From an uncultured bacterium (lineage in GTDB: Bacteria > Eisenbacteria > RBG-16-71-46): a DNA stretch of 28,383 nucleotides. How positions within the stretch are numbered: the first letter of the stretch is position 1; the number at the start of each line of letters is the position of its first letter. Where the stretch lies: NCBI GenBank assembly GCA_964568385.1, contig CAZMQP010000003.1, positions 1 to 28,383 of the forward strand, read 5' to 3'. The position numbers and the translations under genes are program-made. This document shows positions 21,841 through 28,383 of this stretch, in pieces. The notes beneath the pieces were generated by a model, which ran no database searches, was not told the origin of the DNA, and saw nothing but the letters and a program-made list of their open reading frames with translations.

Positions 21841-23037
21841 ATGAGACTGTTCTCGCTGGTCCTCGTCAACCTCGGCCGCAACAAGCTGCGCACCACGCTC
21901 ACCCTGATGAGCGTGGTCGTCGCCCTGTTCCTGTTCTGCGCGCTGCGCGGGGTGCTCGACACGCTGGCCGCCTCGATCGAGGTCGGCAGCGAGGCGCGGC
22001 TCGTCACCCGCAACGCGATCTCGCTCATCTTCCCGCTCCCGCTCTCCTACCGGGAGCGGCTGGCGGCGATCCCGGGCGTCAAGGCGGTGAGCTACGCGAA
22101 CTGGTTCGGCGGCCGCGACCCCAACGACCCCGGAAACTTCTTCGCCCAGTTCGCCTGCGACGCCGAGACCTACCTGCCGATCTACGACGCCGACGTCGAG
22201 ATCGTCGCCGGCGACTCGTCGGCGGTGCCCCTGCCGGTGCCGGCCGGGATGGACCCCCGGCTGGCGATGTTCCTGAGCGAGCGCGACGCCTGCGTGGTCG
22301 GCCGGAGCCTGTTCGAGCGCATGGGATGGAAGATGGGCCAGAAGGTGCCGATCTCGGGCACGATCTTCCCCGGCACCTGGACCTTCACGATCCGCGCGGT
22401 CTACCGGGCGAAGGACCCGGCGTTCGGCGAGGAGTCCATGCTGTTCCACTGGAAGTACCTGAGCGAGCGCGGCATGGGCGGCCAGGGCATGGTGGGCTGG
22501 TACGTCCTCCAGCTCGCCGAGCCGGAGCGCGCGGGCGAGATCACCGAGGCGGTGGACGCGCTCTACGCGAACTCGGCCGCCTCGACCCACACCGAGACCG
22601 AACGGGCGTTCCAGGCCGGGTTCGTCAGCATGTACGGCAACGTCCCGTTCCTGATCGGCGTGATCGGGATCGCGGTGGTGTTCGCGATCCTGCTGGTGGC
22701 GGCGAACACGATGATGATGGCGACCCGCGAGCGGACCGCCGAGTTCGGCGTGATGAAGACGCTCGGCTTCACGGACGGCACCCTGTTCCGCCTGGTGCTC
22801 ATCGAGGCCGCCATCCTCACCTTCGGCGGCGGCACGCTGGGGGCGCTGCTCGCCAAGTTCGTCATCGAGGGATCGAAGTTCAACGCCGGCGGGTTCCTGC
22901 CGCCGATGACCGTCAGCTGGAACTCGGTCGCCATGGGCGTCGGCATCGCCGTGCTCATGGGCGCCACCAGCGGCATCATCCCGGCCCTGCAGGCGTCGCG
23001 CCTGCGCATCGTCGACGCGCTGCGGCGCGTCGAGTAG
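21841..23037 (+). CDS. ABC transporter permease, FtsX/MacB family
   Basis: RNKLRTTLT + TM1, large extracytoplasmic domain, then three TMs with [15 protein letters not shown]. Confidence 0.93.
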   Translation: MRLFSLVLVNLGRNKLRTTLTLMSVVVALFLFCALRGVLDTLAASIEVGSEARLVTRNAISLIFPLPLSYRERLAAIPGVKAVSYANWFGGRDPNDPGNFFAQFACDAETYLPIYDADVEIVAGDSSAVPLPVPAGMDPRLAMFLSERDACVVGRSLFERMGWKMGQKVPISGTIFPGTWTFTIRAVYRAKDPAFGEESMLFHWKYLSERGMGGQGMVGWYVLQLAEPERAGEITEAVDALYANSAASTHTETERAFQAGFVSMYGNVPFLIGVIGIAVVFAILLVAANTMMMATRERTAEFGVMKTLGFTDGTLFRLVLIEAAILTFGGGTLGALLAKFVIEGSKFNAGGFLPPMTVSWNSVAMGVGIAVLMGATSGIIPALQASRLRIVDALRRVE

Positions 23038-23046
23038 GGAGCGACC

Positions 23047-24216
23047 ATGGCCATCCCGATCTCCTACAACCTGCGCAACGTCACCCAGCGCCCGCTCTCG
23101 ACCCTCGCCACCACGCTCGGGATCGCGCTCGTCGTGGCGATCCTGGTCGGCACCTTCGCGCTGGCGTCCGGCTTCCAGGCGGCGCTGGTCGAGACCGGCT
23201 CGCCCGAGAACCTGATCGTCCTCCGCACCGGGGCCGACTCCGAGATCTCGAGCGGGATCTCGCGGGACGCCGCCAACATCCTGCGCGCGCTGCCCGACGT
23301 CGCCACCGGCCCCGACGGCCGCCCGCTCGCCAGCGCCGAGATGGTGGTGCTCATCAACCAGCCGCGGCTGGGGCAGAGCGGCTCGTCGAACGTGACCGTG
23401 CGCGGCATCGACGCCGAGGGACTGCGGCTGCGCGACCAGGTGCGCATCGTCGAGGGCCGCATGTTCGCCCCCGGCACCGACGAGATCATCGTCGCGCGGC
23501 GCATGGCGCGCCGGTTCGCGAGCTGCGGGATCGGCGACCGGCTGCGCTTCGGACAGCGGGACTTCACCGTCGTGGGCCACTTCGCCGCCGGCGGTTCGGG
23601 GTTCGACTCGGAGGTCTGGGGCGACAACGCGGTCCTGATGCCGGCGCTCAACCGCGAGAGCGCGTTCCAGAGCGTGACGCTGCGCATGCGCGACACCACG
23701 CGCTTCGCGGCGCTCAAGCAGCAACTGGAGGGCGACCCCCGCCTCGGGGTCCAGGTGCGGACGGAGCGCGGCTGGTACAGCGAGCAGTCGCAGGCGATGG
23801 GCATCGTCATCCGGGTCGGCGGCATCTTCATCACCCTGATCATGGCGGTCGGGGCCATCTTCGGCGCCATGAACACGATGTTCGCCGCCGTCCAGCAGCG
23901 CACGCGCGAGATCGCCGTCCTGCTGGTCCTCGGCTTCACGCCGTTCGCGATCACCCTCTCGTTCCTGATCGAGTCGGTGCTGATCGCCCTGATCGGCGGG
24001 ATCGCCGGCTGCGTCCTCGCGCTGCCGATCAACGGCATCACGACCAGCACCACCAACTGGGCGTCGTTCAGCGAGATCGCGTTCGCGTTCCGCGTGACGC
24101 CGACCGGGATGGTGATCGGCCTCGTCTTCGCCGCCGTGCTGGGCGTGGTGGGCGGGTTCCTGCCCGCGCTGCGCGCCGGCCGCCAGTCGCTCGCCGCCAG
24201 CCTGCGCGCGGCGTAG
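23047..24216 (+). CDS. ABC transporter permease, FtsX/MacB family (second subunit)
   Basis: TM1, extracytoplasmic domain, QRTREIAVLLVLGF, C-terminal TM with LPALRA. Confidence 0.93.
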   Translation: MAIPISYNLRNVTQRPLSTLATTLGIALVVAILVGTFALASGFQAALVETGSPENLIVLRTGADSEISSGISRDAANILRALPDVATGPDGRPLASAEMVVLINQPRLGQSGSSNVTVRGIDAEGLRLRDQVRIVEGRMFAPGTDEIIVARRMARRFASCGIGDRLRFGQRDFTVVGHFAAGGSGFDSEVWGDNAVLMPALNRESAFQSVTLRMRDTTRFAALKQQLEGDPRLGVQVRTERGWYSEQSQAMGIVIRVGGIFITLIMAVGAIFGAMNTMFAAVQQRTREIAVLLVLGFTPFAITLSFLIESVLIALIGGIAGCVLALPINGITTSTTNWASFSEIAFAFRVTPTGMVIGLVFAAVLGVVGGFLPALRAGRQSLAASLRAA

Positions 24217-24237
24217 GGCCCGGCGCCGCCCGGGCCC
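24216..24237 (+). terminator. GC-rich stem-loop directly after the permease stop (possible terminator, no U-tract)
   Basis: GGGCCCGG-6 nt-CCGGGCCC. Confidence 0.3.
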
Positions 24238-24254
24238 GCCGGGCCAGTTCGCGC

Positions 24255-24283
24255 TTCTCCCCCGGCGGGCGGGGCCGTAGGAT
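24255..24283 (+). promoter_or_regulatory. Weak candidate sigma70 promoter for the ACT gene
   Basis: TTCTCC-17 nt-TAGGAT; the -35 match is poor. Confidence 0.3.
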
Positions 24284-24327
24284 GCGGTCAGCGCATCGCA
24301 CGACGCGATGCCTGAAAGGGGGGCGTG

Positions 24328-24738
24328 ATGTCCGCTCGCAAGATCCGCTACTGCTACGTGACGGTCCCCAACCGCTCCGGTCAGGGCGCCATGGTCCTCG
24401 GCGCGCTCAAGGACGCCCGGGTCAACCTGCTCGCCTATTCCGGATTCCCCGGCCGCGGCGGCAAGGCCCAGCTGGACCTGGTCGCCGAGAGCCTGACGCC
24501 GATCCGCCAGGTCGGCCGCCGGCACGGGTGGAAGGTCAGCGGCGTCAAGAAGGGCTTCCTCATCCAGGGGAAGGACAAGCCGGGCGCCGTCCACCGCCAG
24601 ATCCAGAAGCTCGCCGAACGCAAGATCAACGTCACCGCCGCCGACGCGGTGGTCGCGGGCAAGGGACAGTACGGGATGCTCCTGTGGGTGAAGGAGCGCG
24701 ACTACTCCCGGGCCGCGCGGGCGCTCAAGGCCCGCTGA
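24328..24738 (+). CDS. Stand-alone tandem ACT-like domain protein (136 aa)
   Basis: Two units with ACT-like pattern (VPNRSG..VLGAL..ARVNL; GKDKPG..IQKLAERKINV). ATG 24328 or GTG 24325 after AAAGGGGGG. Confidence 0.75.
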   Translation: MSARKIRYCYVTVPNRSGQGAMVLGALKDARVNLLAYSGFPGRGGKAQLDLVAESLTPIRQVGRRHGWKVSGVKKGFLIQGKDKPGAVHRQIQKLAERKINVTAADAVVAGKGQYGMLLWVKERDYSRAARALKAR

Positions 24739-24746
24739 CGCCCGCG

Positions 24747-24766
24747 GGCGCCGGCCGGCCGGCGCC
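24747..24766 (+). terminator. All-GC 20-bp palindrome just after the ACT gene stop (possible stem-loop terminator)
   Basis: GGCGCCGGCC|GGCCGGCGCC; no U-tract. Confidence 0.3.
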
Positions 24767-24854
24767 GCCCTCCCCGCCCGCATTCCGGTTGCGCCGGCCG
24801 CCCCCGGGGTGGACACTCGCCGTGTCGGCCGCGATCCCCCCGGGAGGTAGGACG

Positions 24855-25289
24855 ATGAGCACGGTCCAGATGGTGCTCGCCAGGAAGGGCGGCGAGGTGG
24901 TCACGATCGGCGTCGCCGACACGGTGCTGACGGCCGCGACGCTGATGAACGAACGCGCGATCGGCGGTCTGGTCGTGCTCGACGGCGGCAAGGTGTCGGG
25001 GATCTTCACCGAGCGCGACATCCTGCGCCGGGTGGTGGCGAAGCGCCGCGATCCGGCCTCCACCCTGGTGCGCGACGTGATGACGACCCCGGTGGCCTTC
25101 TGCCGGCAGGAGACCACCCTCGAGGAGTGCCGCGCGGTGATGACCGAGAAGCGCATCCGCCACCTGCCGGTGGTGGACGCCCGGGGCGTGTGCGGGATCG
25201 TCACGATCGGCGACCTGATGGCGCACGACGTCACCGACCGCGAGGCGACGATCCAGTACCTGAACGAGTACATCTTCGGCGTGCGGTAG
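24855..25289 (+). CDS. CBS-pair domain protein (144 aa)
   Basis: SD GGGAGGT. IGGLVV..GIFTERDIL, VRDVMT, RIRHLPVV..GIVTIGDL. This is the true 3' part of the track's 22326..25289 ORF. Confidence 0.93.
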   Translation: MSTVQMVLARKGGEVVTIGVADTVLTAATLMNERAIGGLVVLDGGKVSGIFTERDILRRVVAKRRDPASTLVRDVMTTPVAFCRQETTLEECRAVMTEKRIRHLPVVDARGVCGIVTIGDLMAHDVTDREATIQYLNEYIFGVR

Positions 25290-25371
25290 CGGGCGCGGCG
25301 CCCGCCGCCGATCCCCGCCGCACCGTTCGCGCGGCCGCCGCATCCCAAACCCGGGAGCGGGCGACGGCCGC

Positions 25372-25401
25372 TTGGGCCGGCCCGCGCGGTTGCACTAGAA
25401 T
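25372..25401 (+). promoter_or_regulatory. Candidate sigma70 promoter for trxB
   Basis: TTGGGC-18 nt-TAGAAT. Confidence 0.45.
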
Positions 25402-25440
25402 GCCTGCCGCCGCACCCGCCCCCCCGACCGGGAGAACCGC

Positions 25441-26442
25441 TTGGCCACCGTCCACGACGTGCTCATCCTCGGCTCCGGCGCCGCCGGCTACACGGCGGCC
25501 CTCTATGCCGCCCGCGCCAACCGCAAGCCGACGCTGATCGGCGGCCCCCAGCCGGGCGGCCAGCTCACGATCACCAGCGAGGTCGAGAACTATCCCGGCT
25601 TCCGCGAGGCGATCCTCGGGCCGGAGCTGATGGAGCGCATGCGCGACCAGGCCGCGCGCTTCGGCACCGAGATGGTGTGGGCGACCGCCGAGAGCGTGGA
25701 CCTCTCGCGGCGTCCCTTCACCGTGCGGGCGGACGGGAAGGAGTTCCAGGCGAAGACCCTCATCGTGGCGACCGGCGCCTCGGCGAAGCTGCTGGGCATC
25801 CCGAGCGAGACGAAGCTGATGGGGATGGGCGTCTCCGCCTGCGCCACCTGCGACGGGTTCTTCTACAAGGACAAGCGCGTGGTGGTGGTCGGCGGCGGCG
25901 ACACGGCGATGGAGGAGGCCACCTATCTGACGCGCTACTGCAGCGAGGTCGTGGTCGTCCACCGCCGCGACTCGATGCGCGCCTCGAAGATCATGCAGGA
26001 CCGGGCGCAGGCGAACGCCAAGATCCGCTTCGTCTGGGACAGCGAGGTGGTCGAGATCCTGGATCCCGGCGAGAAGAAGGTCACCGGGGTGCGCCTCCGG
26101 AACCTCAAGACCGGCGAGACGAGCGAGCACCCGACCGACGGCGTCTTCATCGCCATCGGCCACCAGCCGAACACGGACTTCCTCGCCGGCGCCCTGCCGA
26201 CCGACTCCCGCGGGTACCTGCTGGTGAAGCCGGGCGGCACCCGCACCGAGGTCCCCGGCGTGTTCGCGGCGGGCGACGTGGTGGACGCCGTCTACCGGCA
26301 GGCGGTCACCGCCGCCGGGATGGGCTGCATGGCGGCGATCGACGCCGAGCGCTTCCTCGAGGCCGAAGGCGACGTGGACCACGGCGGCGACGACGCGGCC
26401 CCCAGGACCGCGAAGCCCGAGACCGCCTCGCGCGGCGCATGA
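25441..26442 (+). CDS. trxB: Thioredoxin-disulfide reductase
   Basis: [27 protein letters not shown] redox motif, [19 protein letters not shown] start after GGGAGA. Confidence 0.97.
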   Translation: MATVHDVLILGSGAAGYTAALYAARANRKPTLIGGPQPGGQLTITSEVENYPGFREAILGPELMERMRDQAARFGTEMVWATAESVDLSRRPFTVRADGKEFQAKTLIVATGASAKLLGIPSETKLMGMGVSACATCDGFFYKDKRVVVVGGGDTAMEEATYLTRYCSEVVVVHRRDSMRASKIMQDRAQANAKIRFVWDSEVVEILDPGEKKVTGVRLRNLKTGETSEHPTDGVFIAIGHQPNTDFLAGALPTDSRGYLLVKPGGTRTEVPGVFAAGDVVDAVYRQAVTAAGMGCMAAIDAERFLEAEGDVDHGGDDAAPRTAKPETASRGA

Positions 26443-26490
26443 GCCGACACCGCGCGTCCGGCGGCTCCGTCCGTCACCCGGGAGGGACCC

Positions 26491-28182
26491 GTGGAACGTG
26501 AGGTGCTGGAGTTCGACGTCCAGTTCGTCGGCGCCGGTCCCGCCGGACTCGCCGGGGCGATCCACCTCGCCGACCTGATCGCCCGTCACGAGCGGAACAT
26601 CGCCGCCGGCGCCCCCGGCCAGTCGCTGGGCGAGGTCACGATCGCGGTGCTCGAGAAGTCGGCCCGGGTCGGCGCCCACGGCATCTCGGGCGCGGTGCTG
26701 GACCCGCGCGCGCTGCGCGAGCTGATCCCCGACTTCCGCGAGCAGGGCTGCCCGATCGGCAGCGAGGTCACCGGCGACGAGGTCTACATGCTGCACGAGC
26801 GTCGCCACGCGCGCCTGCCGCTGGTGCCGCCGATGCTCTCGAACCACGGCAACCTGGTCCTCTCGCTCGGCGACCTCGTCGCCTGGATGGCGGGGATCGC
26901 CGAGGCGAAGGGCGTCCTCATCGCGACCGAGACGCCCGCCGCCCGCCCGCTGGTCGAGGCCGGGCGGGTGCTCGGCGTGCGCACCGGCGACAAGGGCGTG
27001 GACCGCACGGGCGGGCGCAAGCCGACCTTTCAGCCGGGCGCCGACTGCCGGGCGAAGGCGACGGTGCTGTGCGAGGGGCCGCGCGGGACCATCGCGCGGG
27101 TGCTCGAGACCCAGCTCGGCCTCACGGTCGGGCGCAACGCGCAGGTCTACTCGACCGGGGTCAAGGAGCTGTGGGAGATGCCGCCCGGACGCGTCCAGAA
27201 GGGCCGCGTGATCCACACGATGGGGTTCCCGCTCCCCAACTCCACCTTCGGCGGCGCGTTCATCTACGGCCTCGACGACACCCACTGGTCGGTCGGGTTC
27301 GTCACCGGCCTCGACGCCCGCGACCCGACCAACGACCCGCACGGCTACCTGCAGCGGTTCAAGACCCATCCGCTGGTGAGCGCCCTGCTCGAGGGCGGCA
27401 AGCCGGTCGCCTACGGCGCGAAGGCGATCCCCGAGGGCGGCTGGTGGGCGATGCCGAAGCTGTCCGCGGACGGCCTGCTGCTCGCCGGCGACACCGGCGG
27501 CTTCCTGAACGGCGCCCGGCTCAAGGGCATCCACCTGGCGATGAAGTCGGGGATGCTGGCCGCCGAGACGCTGTTCGAGTGCCTGCTCGCGGACGACTTC
27601 TCGAAGGACCGGCTCGCCGGCTACGAGCGGCGCGTCGAGCACTCGTGGGCGGCCGAGGAGCTGCGCGCGGTGCGCAACTTCCATCAGGGATTCGAGCACG
27701 GCCTCCATGCCGGGATGCTGAACACCGCGATCGGCATGGTCACCGGGGGGCGCGACTGGCTGCTGCGCGACCGGGTGAAGAACGTCCCGGGCCACGAGCG
27801 CATGCGCAAGCTGGCCGACGCCCATCCGAACGGGAAGCCGGCGCCGCAGCCGTTCGACGGCTCGCTCACCTTCGACAAGCTGGCCGACGTCTACCTCTCG
27901 GGCACCATGCACGACGAGGACCAGCCCGTGCACCTGGTGGTCGCGGACACCTCGGTGTGCGCGACGCGCTGCCGCAGCGAGTACGGGAACCCGTGCCAGC
28001 ACTTCTGCCCGGCGGCGGTGTACGAGATGGTCCCCGACCCGGCGAAGGAGGGCGCGCTCAAGCTGCAGATCAACGCCTCGAACTGCGTCCACTGCAAGAC
28101 CTGCGACATCGCCGACCCCTACCAGATCATCACCTGGGTCACCCCCGAAGGCGGCGGCGGGCCGGACTACAAGCGGCTGTAG
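26491..28182 (+). CDS. Electron transfer flavoprotein-ubiquinone oxidoreductase (FAD + C-terminal 4Fe-4S)
   Basis: GAGPAGL, LEK....GAH..SGAV, KGIHLAMKSG, and C-terminal CPA.VYE...NCVHCKTCDI.DP.Q.I.W..PEGGGGP.Y. Confidence 0.95.
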   Translation: MEREVLEFDVQFVGAGPAGLAGAIHLADLIARHERNIAAGAPGQSLGEVTIAVLEKSARVGAHGISGAVLDPRALRELIPDFREQGCPIGSEVTGDEVYMLHERRHARLPLVPPMLSNHGNLVLSLGDLVAWMAGIAEAKGVLIATETPAARPLVEAGRVLGVRTGDKGVDRTGGRKPTFQPGADCRAKATVLCEGPRGTIARVLETQLGLTVGRNAQVYSTGVKELWEMPPGRVQKGRVIHTMGFPLPNSTFGGAFIYGLDDTHWSVGFVTGLDARDPTNDPHGYLQRFKTHPLVSALLEGGKPVAYGAKAIPEGGWWAMPKLSADGLLLAGDTGGFLNGARLKGIHLAMKSGMLAAETLFECLLADDFSKDRLAGYERRVEHSWAAEELRAVRNFHQGFEHGLHAGMLNTAIGMVTGGRDWLLRDRVKNVPGHERMRKLADAHPNGKPAPQPFDGSLTFDKLADVYLSGTMHDEDQPVHLVVADTSVCATRCRSEYGNPCQHFCPAAVYEMVPDPAKEGALKLQINASNCVHCKTCDIADPYQIITWVTPEGGGGPDYKRL

Positions 28183-28383
28183 CGCGGCGGGCCGAAGCGA
28201 CGCACGAGAATTCCCTGTTGACACCTGCCGGCGTGCACGACGTCGCGAGGTCGCGGCGTGTTGCGCCGTCGCGGGCCATCGCGCCTGTGGCGCCCGCGCA
28301 CGAGCGTTCATCGCGCAGTCCACGACCGTTCCCGTCGCCGCCCCCGTGCCTCGTCCTCCGCGCATCCTCGAGGGTCGAACTCG

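Noticed and set aside
28218-28223. Perfect TTGACA downstream of the ETF-QO gene
   Set aside because: There is no acceptable -10 hexamer 16-18 nt downstream and no downstream gene visible in the window.
21754-28365. Long minus-strand ORFs 21754..24816 and 25231..28365, and the 987-aa plus-strand ORF 22326..25289
   Set aside because: The minus ORFs are shadows of the permeases, trxB and ETF-QO. Only the last 144 codons of the plus ORF (the CBS protein, own SD at ATG 24855) look like a real protein.

Overview
A very GC-rich bacterial genomic window with two distinct halves. LEFT (<1-15820, minus strand): a tightly coupled operon of at least eight genes. All have predicted N-terminal export signals and none has a function I can confidently name. 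In transcription order they are g1 (13727-15820), g2 (12536-13723), g3 (10681-12510), g4 (8948-10684), g5 (6969-8879), g6 (4783-6972), g7 (3360-4754) and g8 (<1-3334). By manual alignment g1-g6 are diverged paralogues of one domain family. g3-g6 are full length and alternate as two subtypes (B-A-B-A), while g1 and g2 are reduced. g7 is a long helical/coiled-coil protein. g8 is missing from the supplied ORF track because it runs off the window; it has a clan GH-A-like barrel that appears to lack its catalytic glutamates, plus at least four CARDB-like Ig domains. This is the candidate undescribed system, most plausibly a secreted hetero-oligomeric assembly. A multi-component pore-former or surface structure is a hypothesis only. 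RIGHT (16021-28182): ordinary housekeeping, redox and transport genes: msrB, nitronate monooxygenase-family flavoprotein, hotdog-fold protein, HD protein, 7Fe-type ferredoxin, tandem YCII protein, MFP + ABC ATPase + two FtsX/MacB permeases, ACT protein, CBS protein, trxB and ETF-ubiquinone oxidoreductase. I saw no rRNA, tRNA, CRISPR array, integrase or transposase. All family calls come from motif recognition by eye; no database search was run.
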